Shown here piece by piece: positions 45,459 to 53,620 of a stretch of 53,620 bases of DNA. Positions within the stretch are counted from its first letter, which is position 1. The number at the start of each line of letters is the position of its first letter. A program made the translations under genes and the position numbers. Below the pieces are notes generated by a model. That model did not search any database. It worked only from the letters and a program-made list of their open reading frames with translations, and was not told the origin of the DNA. Source of the stretch: a virus (taxonomy: Duplodnaviria > Caudoviricetes); IMG/VR virus record IMGVR_UViG_3300045953_000088, positions 1 through 53,620 of that record; one strand, 5' to 3'.

Positions 45459-48317
45459 CTAACCTCCGGTAATTTTCTTGAGCCAGCCGAACCAGCCTTT
45501 GTTTGCTGCCTTCGCCGCGGCGTCATTAGCCCGCTGTTTGGCGGTTTCGTAGGACATAGTTTCGCCGGTTTCGTCGTGAAAGAAACGAACCGGAATCCCC
45601 GCCTTGGCGGCCAATTCCATGAACTGATCAACGCCGGCCCTGGTAGAGCTCAAGGATGGCATCCGGATTTCTTTCACGTTGTCCTTGTCCAGCGGTACAT
45701 CGCCCCAAATCTGTTGCTCATTATACGCTGCCGGGTTGACGTCCTTCATGCCGCTCGGGTCAATGCCGGCTGCAGCCATAGCCCGGCCGTTGCCAAGCAT
45801 CGCGTGATATGGATCCTGCGGAGTGCCAACGCCGCTATCGTCACGATGACCAAAACTGTTGCCGTTGGTCATCGTTGTGCGATCGTCGAGCTTGTCTTTG
45901 TTGAGCACAATGGTTGCGTCGCCATAGACCGAAGCGGCGCCGTAGAGATTGTTTTCCCAATTGACCGCTGCGTATTTTGGGCGATCGCCGTTCTCGACGT
46001 CCTCGCCGGCACCGAGGGCCTCATTCTCTTGTTTCGCTCTGGCTTTCAAGTAATCAGGACCTTTGGCGCCTGTTTCGAATGCGTTCTTGAGGCTGCCGCT
46101 GCCGAGAATCCTTGCCAGGTCCTCGGGATCGGCGTTGATCGTGACTTCGGCCTTCGCATACGCATTGCTGAGTTGATCCTTGACCGCCTTGGCGCCTTCT
46201 TCGCCCTTTGGCCCCTTCCAGGCGTCGCTGTTCACAAAGTCAGCGACGGCCTTTTCGCTTTTGCTCTTCGCGTCCGTCTGCAATTTTTCGACGGCCTTTG
46301 CGGCCGGCTTTGATAACGGCCTGCTGTTCGACTTTTGCTTGTCGTTTTTTTCCTTGCCGTCTTTATTGCCCTTGGAATCGTCGCCCGACTTTTCGTCCTC
46401 TTTGCCTTCTGGACAAGGGCCTGGCACGCCGCTACCAGGACCGCCGCACGCTTGCTTCGCCTCGCGATCTGCTCTCACCGTCGGCCAATCCGCCAGCATG
46501 CGCGAGAAGCGATCCTTCGTGAGCGTGTTGTACCCGTTGAGCAACAGCTTCTTTGAGTCAGCGCAGAGGCGACTCGCCAGCTTTTTCGTTTTGACTTTGA
46601 TGCCGACGGCTTTCGCCATCTGGCACGCGGTACGAAGTTCCTCGACAGCCAGAGCCTCGTGAGTCGCGTAGAACTGCTCGAGCCAGGCGTCAAAGTCTTT
46701 GCTCGCCGCGGCGCGATCGGCGGCCTTGGCTTCCTTCGTGAGAATGCGAGAAATGGCGTCGCGCAGCACGACTTCAGCCGCCGCCTTTTGTTGCTCGGCT
46801 TTCTTCCTGTCTTCGACCGCCGGCTGCGGAGCTGGCAAAGCCGCTGCGCGATAATCGGCCTTCAGGCTGGCTTCGATCGAATCAAGCCGGCGGTAAAGTT
46901 CCTGGCGATCGAGCGTGAGCATTTTCCGAGTCCAAGCGTCAAACGCCGCGGCGCCGTCGCCGCTCATCGGCGGAAGCGCCATCGGTCCTCCATCGTTTGG
47001 AGCGCCGGTGTGATCGCTGCCGGGCTGGCCAGGTTTCGTGCCTCCTTGTGCACCGCTGACCTTACCCGCGATGAGATCTTCAAGAACCACCATGTTCGCC
47101 GGGAACATCGCCTTGTCGCCAGACGGCCCAAGGCCGTTCATGTTTTCAAGCCGGCGACACTCATTGACCGTTAGTACGCCGATCATGATGCCCGTGCGGT
47201 AGGCATTCATGCGGGCCTGCATGTCGCCACGGAGCAAGCCGTTGAAATCATGCTGGACGAAGAAGCGGCCCCGATCTTCCTTGCGGAAAAGCTTGAGGTT
47301 GTATTGCTCTTCGGCTCTCTTGCACCAAGGGTAAAGACAGTAGATGACGAACTCCAAGCCGAGGGCTTCGACGGTGGCATACTTCGAATCCTTGAGGTCG
47401 GCGAGCATGTGCGGCGGGACACGATACCAACAAGCGATTTGATTGCGGTTGTAGTCAAGCAACTCAAGGAACTGAGCGTCTGCCGCGCTAAAGCTCAACT
47501 GCTCGAGCTTCGCGTCGCGATGCCAGAGGATCGCCAGCTCGCCACTGTCCGGCGATCCGTGCATCGTTTTCCAGTTTTCGCGAAACTCCCGGCGCTGTTC
47601 TTGATCCGCCAAGTCTGGGTCAATCAGGGCCATGCGCGGAGTGTTGCCGTTTCCGAGGTTCGTTGCAACCTGTCGGTCGCCTGCAATGCCGACGCCGAAA
47701 GATTCACGGGCATAGGAGACGACGCTCTTGCCCCAAATGCCATCTTCGGCGTGCGCGCCTGGATAGTGCAGCATGTTCTTCGCGAGTACTGCCACCGTTC
47801 CGCCGTCGTTGTTGCGAACGAGATAAGCGCCCATCGGGATCGGCCGGCCGTCTCTGTATTTGTCACCCGGTTGAACGGGCCGAACACGGCCGGGGTGAAT
47901 CGGCCAAAGTGCGATCGGTTCTTCCGTTTTCGGATCGCGTTCGATCTCCGCGAAGCCGTTGCCCATGTTGACCTGGTGCAACGTGCGGCCAGTTCGGAAT
48001 GCCGTCGAGCCCATCAGCTCGTTGGGGAAATAACGGAGCAGATCGTGGACAGTATTACCGATCGCTTCTTTGCGCGAACTGTCGTCGTCGCTCGTACGTT
48101 GGTAGGTGATGAGATCGCGATCGGCAACACCTTCGTCAAGCACACGCGAGGCACACCAGCACGCAGATAAAGTCAGCGCCAACTCTTCGTTGACGACAAC
48201 GTTTGATTGGGTTTTCGCGCGGCTGTTGTACCACGGACCAATATTCCAGCCGTCAGCCGCGGCGGCGTGTTTGCGAACGCCAGTCGGCACGAGCATGTCG
48301 AGCAGAGCGCCGAACAC
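45459..48317 (-). CDS. HK97-family portal protein with C-terminal CGGPGSG tag and DUF3626-like toxin domain
   Basis: GNGFAEI, LWPIHP, GIWGKS, DAQFLE, IA..YRVPPHML, LTVNECRRLENM; tag at 46410-46448; RPKYAAVN...YGDA...RTT.T.GNS...YNEQQIWG. Confidence 0.9.
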   Translation of the reverse strand: MFGALLDMLVPTGVRKHAAAADGWNIGPWYNSRAKTQSNVVVNEELALTLSACWCASRVLDEGVADRDLITYQRTSDDDSSRKEAIGNTVHDLLRYFPNELMGSTAFRTGRTLHQVNMGNGFAEIERDPKTEEPIALWPIHPGRVRPVQPGDKYRDGRPIPMGAYLVRNNDGGTVAVLAKNMLHYPGAHAEDGIWGKSVVSYARESFGVGIAGDRQVATNLGNGNTPRMALIDPDLADQEQRREFRENWKTMHGSPDSGELAILWHRDAKLEQLSFSAADAQFLELLDYNRNQIACWYRVPPHMLADLKDSKYATVEALGLEFVIYCLYPWCKRAEEQYNLKLFRKEDRGRFFVQHDFNGLLRGDMQARMNAYRTGIMIGVLTVNECRRLENMNGLGPSGDKAMFPANMVVLEDLIAGKVSGAQGGTKPGQPGSDHTGAPNDGGPMALPPMSGDGAAAFDAWTRKMLTLDRQELYRRLDSIEASLKADYRAAALPAPQPAVEDRKKAEQQKAAAEVVLRDAISRILTKEAKAADRAAASKDFDAWLEQFYATHEALAVEELRTACQMAKAVGIKVKTKKLASRLCADSKKLLLNGYNTLTKDRFSRMLADWPTVRADREAKQACGGPGSGVPGPCPEGKEDEKSGDDSKGNKDGKEKNDKQKSNSRPLSKPAAKAVEKLQTDAKSKSEKAVADFVNSDAWKGPKGEEGAKAVKDQLSNAYAKAEVTINADPEDLARILGSGSLKNAFETGAKGPDYLKARAKQENEALGAGEDVENGDRPKYAAVNWENNLYGAASVYGDATIVLNKDKLDDRTTMTNGNSFGHRDDSGVGTPQDPYHAMLGNGRAMAAAGIDPSGMKDVNPAAYNEQQIWGDVPLDKDNVKEIRMPSLSSTRAGVDQFMELAAKAGIPVRFFHDETGETMSYETAKQRANDAAAKAANKGWFGWLKKITGG

Positions 48318-48319
48318 GT

Positions 48320-48538
48320 CTATTCCTTTCGACGTTGGTTCGCGCTTAGGGAGGAGAGGAAAGCGCGGAGTGACATTAGAATTATTACCAAAGAGCACGG
48401 CACTATCAATGACAAAGGAGGCCAGGCGAAGAAAAGACCAATCGCCAAGCCGATCATCGCAAGAAAGAAAAACAGACCTTGCCCGTTTTTCGACATCCAC
48501 TGACTAAAGGTATTGTGTTCAGTCCGTTGATCATCCAT
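48320..48538 (-). CDS. Small membrane protein preceding the portal
   Basis: Two TM helices; usual position in HK97-like phages. Confidence 0.6.
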   Translation of the reverse strand: MDDQRTEHNTFSQWMSKNGQGLFFFLAMIGLAIGLFFAWPPLSLIVPCSLVIILMSLRAFLSSLSANQRRKE

Positions 48539-48550
48539 GCTCCACTCCCT

Positions 48551-50320
48551 TTAATTCCAAAGGTCCCCGGGCTTGTATGGCGGCGGCGCCGTCGCCGACC
48601 AGAACAAAGCGCGTCCGATGCTCATGACGGCCGCAGTAACACCGTCGATCTTCTCCGGAGATTTTTCTTTGCTTGGCTTCACGAGGTTGCCGCGACGTTC
48701 AGCTACGACATTAGACACCATCCAACGCATGACAGGATCGCCGGCGTGATGTAGGCGCTCGGCTGACAACAATTCCAAGAACTCCCGGAACGGCGCCGCC
48801 ATACTAAGAATGCCTTGGGGAAATTGAAAGATCTTGCGGTCACCGTACTTCTTCTGCAGGTTGGTGCTCATCTGACCGCCCTGGAAGCCGCGGTCGAGTG
48901 CAAAGTCGCGGAACGTGTACGGCGCCAGCAGTTCTTCAATGTCCACGAGCACCATGTCATAATCGACAGAGGATCCTGGCGTTGCTCGGATGAACCCCTC
49001 TTTGCGCCAACCATCGATGACAGCTTGCATGCGATGATCGCGCTTGACAGGTTCCTCCGGCAGCCAGAATGTCATCAGTGCCGTGAAACTGCGGCGAACG
49101 ATCCGCCGTGATCCGATTGGTTTGCCAACGTCGTCAAAGCTCGGAATCTCGACAGTCACGGCGTCATCATGCGGAAACAGTCGGCAAAGTGCAACGAAGT
49201 CGGACGTGGCGCCGATGTCGAGCGATGGATAGCATTCACGACCTTTCAGGGCCGAGAGGTCGATGTTTCGCTTGCCGGCGTCCCAGAGGTGCATCTGAAT
49301 GAGACGTTCCGCTGTCGAAGTCTTTTGGTTTAGGTTCAGGCGCCGGAACGTGTTCTCGTATGCCGGAATCTCTTGCGCACGTTTGCACTCTCGACGCAGA
49401 TAATCGAGCGAAACAGAAACGCCAAGATTGGGATTTGCCTTGATCCAGTGTTGTTCATCTCGCCAGTCAACGTCGCGCGGAACTTCGTAGATAACCGGCA
49501 AGAACGTTTGGTCGTTAATGATGCCGTCGCGCACCTTGCATGCGTATTCGTATTTCTCATTGCAAATCGACGGTCGATCGTAGTCAGCCGTCGTGATGCA
49601 GATAAACAACGGCTGCTTTCGGTTCGAGCTGGCGAACGAAGTCTGGAAGACGTCGACCAGGTCGCGATTCGGTTGCACATGCAGTTCGTCGATGATCGCA
49701 AGGTGCGTGTTGCCGCCGTGCTTGCCGGGTGCGTCGGCGCTGATGACGCGCAAGTAAGAATGATCTTCTTCTCGGGCGATCGACTTTGACTGTCCGGCGG
49801 TCGCGTTGCCCCCGTAAATCTTGCAGCGAGATTCAAGCTCGGGCTCGGCTTCAACCATTCCCTTGCAATGACGGAACAACGCTCCGGCTTGTTCTTTCTC
49901 GCCGGCGGCGATGAAGTCCTGCTGGCCCTTCTCTTCGTCGGTGAAAAACACCAGCAACGCCAGGCCTGAGACAGTCGGCGTTTTGCCGTTCTTGCGCGCC
50001 ACATACAGCAGCGACTCGCGATAACGACGAACTTTTCGGCCGTGCTCATCACGTCGTTTCCAGCCCATCAAATTCGCGATGAAAGACTTTTGCCACGGCT
50101 CAAGTACAAACGGCTGGTCCGCGACTTCACCTTCGACGTGGCGCAAACACTGGGGAAAGAAATCGAGTGCGAGCTGCGCGGCGCCGGCATCAAACGACGC
50201 GTCGCCGGCCGTGGCGATCGAATCGTAGCCAGGAATAAGCAGCAGGATATCGCGCCACTCTTGCGGAATTTCAGAGGGCCGAAAGATGCCTGTCGGAAGT
50301 TCAGTTGCTGTCGCGACCAT
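48551..50320 (-). CDS. terL: Terminase large subunit
   Basis: LEPWQ, VARKNGKT, IIDELH, ITTA, KANPNLG, LDIG, EKIDG. Confidence 0.95.
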   Translation of the reverse strand: MVATATELPTGIFRPSEIPQEWRDILLLIPGYDSIATAGDASFDAGAAQLALDFFPQCLRHVEGEVADQPFVLEPWQKSFIANLMGWKRRDEHGRKVRRYRESLLYVARKNGKTPTVSGLALLVFFTDEEKGQQDFIAAGEKEQAGALFRHCKGMVEAEPELESRCKIYGGNATAGQSKSIAREEDHSYLRVISADAPGKHGGNTHLAIIDELHVQPNRDLVDVFQTSFASSNRKQPLFICITTADYDRPSICNEKYEYACKVRDGIINDQTFLPVIYEVPRDVDWRDEQHWIKANPNLGVSVSLDYLRRECKRAQEIPAYENTFRRLNLNQKTSTAERLIQMHLWDAGKRNIDLSALKGRECYPSLDIGATSDFVALCRLFPHDDAVTVEIPSFDDVGKPIGSRRIVRRSFTALMTFWLPEEPVKRDHRMQAVIDGWRKEGFIRATPGSSVDYDMVLVDIEELLAPYTFRDFALDRGFQGGQMSTNLQKKYGDRKIFQFPQGILSMAAPFREFLELLSAERLHHAGDPVMRWMVSNVVAERRGNLVKPSKEKSPEKIDGVTAAVMSIGRALFWSATAPPPYKPGDLWN

Positions 50321-50335
50321 GCGATAAACGTGTGC

Positions 50336-50860
50336 TCAAAAAATTGTCGAGGATGCCATGCGGTCAGGGCCAATCTCGACAACGGCCGGGAACGATTGCA
50401 GAAACTCCGCGACGCCAGTCATATCGTGATCGTGCCAAATAATTCGGCTGTCTTGGCTCTTCTTGAGAAGCGGCAACACCGCCTCAGTATCGTGTTTCAC
50501 TGATTCGTAATCGTGGGCCCCGTCGATGTAGGCGACGTCGAATTGTTGGCAGGCGAGCAACGGCAACGTCACGTCGAACTTGCCGACGAGCATCGTCACC
50601 TTGTCGCGAACACCGTATCGTTTCAAGTTGCCGTCGAGCAGCGCGAGGGTGTCTTGTTGGCCGATGTGGGCATCACCGCCGTGCCAGTCGCATGAGACGA
50701 CGTGACGCGCAACGCGGGCGATTGAGATTGTGCTCATGCCGGTGTAGCTGCCAAGCTCAATGACGAACTTGCCCTTGCACATCTCGGCGAGGAATTCGCC
50801 CTCGGCCTCGGTGAGCATCCCGGGAAAGTTGTGACGGATGCCCTGGAATTTGAAGTCCAT
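50336..50860 (-). CDS. Class I SAM-dependent methyltransferase (Methyltransf_24-like)
   Basis: IELGSYTGMST, YIDGAHDYESV..D, HD. Confidence 0.85.
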   Translation of the reverse strand: MDFKFQGIRHNFPGMLTEAEGEFLAEMCKGKFVIELGSYTGMSTISIARVARHVVSCDWHGGDAHIGQQDTLALLDGNLKRYGVRDKVTMLVGKFDVTLPLLACQQFDVAYIDGAHDYESVKHDTEAVLPLLKKSQDSRIIWHDHDMTGVAEFLQSFPAVVEIGPDRMASSTIF

Positions 50861-50872
50861 TTCGGTCCTCGT

Positions 50873-50989
50873 TCAGTTGCCGATCACCCATTGAATTAGT
50901 TGCCATGCGAGCCACGCTGGCAATACGATCACCGCGAGCACAAGTGCGGCGAGCCAAAACCAAATAACGCTGTTTGGAGAAAATCGCAT
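50873..50989 (-). CDS. Small membrane peptide (38 aa)
   Basis: MRFSPNSVIWFWLAALVLAVIVLPAWLAWQLIQWVIGN. Confidence 0.4.
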   Translation of the reverse strand: MRFSPNSVIWFWLAALVLAVIVLPAWLAWQLIQWVIGN

Positions 50990-50991
50990 CT

Positions 50992-51963
50992 TCAGTTCTT
51001 AACCAGGAGAGGTCGTTCAACCTTCACCACTCGCCGCGCCTTCGCCGCCAGCCGCTCAACAAATCGTCCGTCTGCAAGGAAGTCCGTACCTTCCCATTTT
51101 ACTTGTCGAATCAAATCCGCCGACGCCAGCCAATTGCCGACGTCCGCGCAGCCAGCTTTCGGCTCGGCCGGGACAACACCATAGCCGCTGTAGCTGTGGA
51201 GCATTTGGCAAATGGCGAAGTCGGCATCGTTTGCTTGGAGAGCGTGAACGAGTTGCTCGAAGTAGCCGGGTGTGAGGTAGTTGTCGTCGTTGTTGAGGCC
51301 GATGAAGTCAGCCTCATTGTCGATACATCGATCGATACCAAGCTGCCGGTACGGATGGCCCCACAGTCCGCAACGCATGCTCGTCTGATGAACCGATATT
51401 CGTTGTGTGACCAACTCATTCGTGCTTACCATCGTGCCATCCGTGACGAGATTGCAAATCCAATTTGTGTATCGTTGTCGCTCCAACGATGAACAGAAAA
51501 GCTTCGCTCGGTCCATTGGATACTTCACGCGCACCGCCAGCGCCACGAGTGGCTCAGCTCGCAATGGCAAGCCGAACTCAAGCGCCAAAAATCGATGCAA
51601 TTTCCGGTTGTAGGTGCCGCCCGCAATGATTACCTCAGCAACCTTCTTGTCGCCGTACCACTCAGCAACCGCGGCGGCAACCGCGGCACTTCGCCCGACG
51701 CCGGCCTCGCACTGAACTATGAGAAAGTCGTTGTCGCCCAGGCCGTGGATAAATTGATAGATTTGTTTCGCTTGCTGTTCGTTCGGGCCAGGCAAATCTG
51801 GCATCACCTCGCGCACATCAAAGCATTCGAGATCGAGTCGGCGCACGCAGCCTGGCGGCGCTTTCACTTCCGGCGTGAGAGGATCGCGAAATGAAATCAG
51901 GTGATAGTCGCCATAGCCCGGACGGGATTCGAGTGCGTGTCGCGAAAGGAAATTCAATCGCAT
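50992..51963 (-). CDS. Fusion of a Cys-dependent (CX5R) phosphatase and a GT2 glycosyltransferase
   Basis: VQCEAGVGRSAAVA; GLWGHPYRQLGI...LNNDDNYL.P...ADGRFVE. Confidence 0.8.
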   Translation of the reverse strand: MRLNFLSRHALESRPGYGDYHLISFRDPLTPEVKAPPGCVRRLDLECFDVREVMPDLPGPNEQQAKQIYQFIHGLGDNDFLIVQCEAGVGRSAAVAAAVAEWYGDKKVAEVIIAGGTYNRKLHRFLALEFGLPLRAEPLVALAVRVKYPMDRAKLFCSSLERQRYTNWICNLVTDGTMVSTNELVTQRISVHQTSMRCGLWGHPYRQLGIDRCIDNEADFIGLNNDDNYLTPGYFEQLVHALQANDADFAICQMLHSYSGYGVVPAEPKAGCADVGNWLASADLIRQVKWEGTDFLADGRFVERLAAKARRVVKVERPLLVKN

Positions 51964-51979
51964 GTTGTTCGTCCCTGAG

Positions 51980-52414
51980 TTAGCCGGCTTTCTCACGCGC
52001 CGCAAAGAACTTCAACTTTGGATTGTCAGCCTGCTTCGGCTGTGGCTTGACGCCGAGCTTGCGCCGCGCGTCCGGATTGAGCCCGAGCTTGCGGGCCATT
52101 TCATTCATCTGCTTTTGTGCACGGTTCGAGATCGCGAGATATGGATCCTGCGACGCGCCTTTCTTGCCGCGGACAACGAGGCCGCGCTTGAGCTTGGACT
52201 CGGCGTGGCGCCAGCGTTCGAATGCGACACAGTAAAGAGCGATCGCGTCCTGGTCCGCTTCGTGCAACAGATCGTACGTCGCGAGCACGCGCACCACCTC
52301 AGCCCACTTTTTTTTGGCGACGCGGCCGAGGTAAGACGGGCACTCGGGCGCGGCGCCGAGGTCAGCGGTGAGTGGCGACTCAGGTTTTGGTGGTCGGCCT
52401 CGTGGCATGGTCAT
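51980..52414 (-). CDS. terS: Terminase small subunit (P27 family)
   Basis: GRPPKP, P.YL..VAKKKW, LALYC-like, P.LAI, LGLNPDAR. Confidence 0.9.
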   Translation of the reverse strand: MTMPRGRPPKPESPLTADLGAAPECPSYLGRVAKKKWAEVVRVLATYDLLHEADQDAIALYCVAFERWRHAESKLKRGLVVRGKKGASQDPYLAISNRAQKQMNEMARKLGLNPDARRKLGVKPQPKQADNPKLKFFAAREKAG

Positions 52415-52419
52415 GGTCC

Positions 52420-52505
52420 CTCCGTATGAAAACGGTCCCGAAAAATGCGTAACCCTGGGAGCGGTCTAGAAAACTGTTCCACTCCAACATTTTCGACCCC
52501 CTATC
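52420..52505 (-). other. Putative cos / packaging region
   Basis: Between HNH and terS; GGGGGTCGAAA...GACCG...TTTTT pattern common at this position in P27/HK97-like phages. Confidence 0.4.
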
Positions 52506-52815
52506 CTAGCCTCCCAAACCCACCGTCTTCAGTTGCTGTCTTGCGGTTGTGGCACGTCTCGCATCTCCATTGTACCCGACCATGATCAAGCCGCCCTGGA
52601 TCGTCAGGTCCTGTCAGTGGTGGATCATGATCCAAATGCATGAGCGAACTCTCTAGTGCGGCTTTGCAATCGACGCAAATCATTGGCACGCGTCGCGCGT
52701 GCTCTTCACGAAAGCAACGCCAATCGTAGCCATAGCCTCGCTCAGCCGATGATGCACGCTTTTCGCCCTCAGGCATTGGAGTCTGCAAACTGTGCGTTTG
52801 TGGTTTTTTTGGCAT
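52501..52815 (-). CDS. Terminase-associated HNH endonuclease
   Basis: RGYGYDW, C..C, LDH, C..CHNRKTATEDGGFG. Confidence 0.88.
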   Translation of the reverse strand: MPKKPQTHSLQTPMPEGEKRASSAERGYGYDWRCFREEHARRVPMICVDCKAALESSLMHLDHDPPLTGPDDPGRLDHGRVQWRCETCHNRKTATEDGGFGRLG

Positions 52816-52819
52816 GCTG

Positions 52820-53434
52820 CTAAGCTTCGACGCTTGCCCATTTTGGTGGGGCTGTATTATAAATGTTCTCAAGTATGGCGGAAAATTCAGGGTGAATTTC
52901 CAAAATCGCCATACGTGCTGCGTCGCGAACCTGCTGGGCAAAATACCCCATTAGCTTGCTCGGATCCTCATAGCCATATCGAAAAGTTATGAAAGCGTTG
53001 CTTGCTTCCTGAATTACGCGATCAAAGTCGTACAAGTGCGGATTCTTTTGATGCGACATTACGGCGTTTGCATGCCGGCTGTTTTTGATGAGTTCTACGT
53101 AGATTTCTTTGATCCGTTGCCGCCGAGGGGCCGAGAGCATGTTGTAAAATGTGAGGAGATGATGACCGTGCGGCGGATTCGCATTACGCTCAATTCGAAA
53201 CAGACATTTCAAATACAACTCGATTGCGAATGCATCATAAACAACTCCAGCAAGGAAACACGGGAATGATGTTTTCGCTGATCCGGAACGAACAGTTATC
53301 GCCGCGCGCTTGTTTGTGTCAACGGACAATACGCGCATCGCGTACTCGAATTGAGCAGCGTAAGTGAATATTTTCTCAGACGAAACAAGGGGGTTGTTTG
53401 TTTGTTTGTTTTCTGTTTTCTTTTTGTTTCTCAT
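52820..53434 (-). CDS. HEPN-like protein (lower-GC moron)
   Basis: FAIELYLKCL...HGHHL..FY..L...F...RY.YE. Confidence 0.6.
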   Translation of the reverse strand: MRNKKKTENKQTNNPLVSSEKIFTYAAQFEYAMRVLSVDTNKRAAITVRSGSAKTSFPCFLAGVVYDAFAIELYLKCLFRIERNANPPHGHHLLTFYNMLSAPRRQRIKEIYVELIKNSRHANAVMSHQKNPHLYDFDRVIQEASNAFITFRYGYEDPSKLMGYFAQQVRDAARMAILEIHPEFSAILENIYNTAPPKWASVEA

Positions 53435-53620
53435 GGGGTCGATTCTCCTAACAAAGTTGACAGAACGTTTTCCCGGCTGGTTCATTTTTTTTACCGTCAA
53501 GCGGCCCAGCGTCTTTGCATTCGAGTGTAGTTGCATTAGAACAGATTGTCACTCGCCTTCACGCCGCCGCCCTGTGGCGACTCAAGCAACTCCTTCGCTG
53601 CTAACCGGCTGATGTACGCG

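Noticed and set aside
45459-47050. MuF (SPP1 gp7) domain in the portal extension
   Set aside because: No HxNCRC-type MuF motif is seen; the helical segment looks like a portal extension, although an HMM search is needed to exclude a divergent MuF.

Overview
The window is most of the genome of a temperate, HK97-fold, long non-contractile-tailed (siphovirus-like) phage. It is almost entirely minus-strand and probably infects Planctomycetota (Gemmataceae-like); the host is inferred from the integrase type, CxxCH proteins and small ribbon-helix-helix regulators. Read right to left, it contains: HNH, cos-like region, TerS, a phosphatase-glycosyltransferase and a methyltransferase, TerL, portal, S49 protease, a moron cassette, major capsid, head-tail genes, tail tube, frameshifted tail chaperones, tape measure and tail tip/fibre genes with two homing endonucleases. 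These are followed by a holin, an unusual putative lysis/accessory cassette (c-type cytochrome-like proteins, matrixin, lipase), an intact attP with the 5' half of tRNA-Arg(CCG), integrase, excisionase and regulators. Recombination genes (YqaJ, putative annealase, SMC-like ATPase, RusA) and two DNA methyltransferases, one with an intein, occupy the left end. The most striking signal is in the head module. The same 13-aa tag, CGGPGSGVPGPCP, precedes two unrelated toxin-like domains. One is fused in frame to the portal. The other appears to be joined to the prohead protease by a -1 frameshift at a T_TTT_TTC site. Each is followed by a small candidate immunity gene. This suggests a virion-loaded polymorphic effector system. 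All family calls come from motif recognition by eye, with no database searches.
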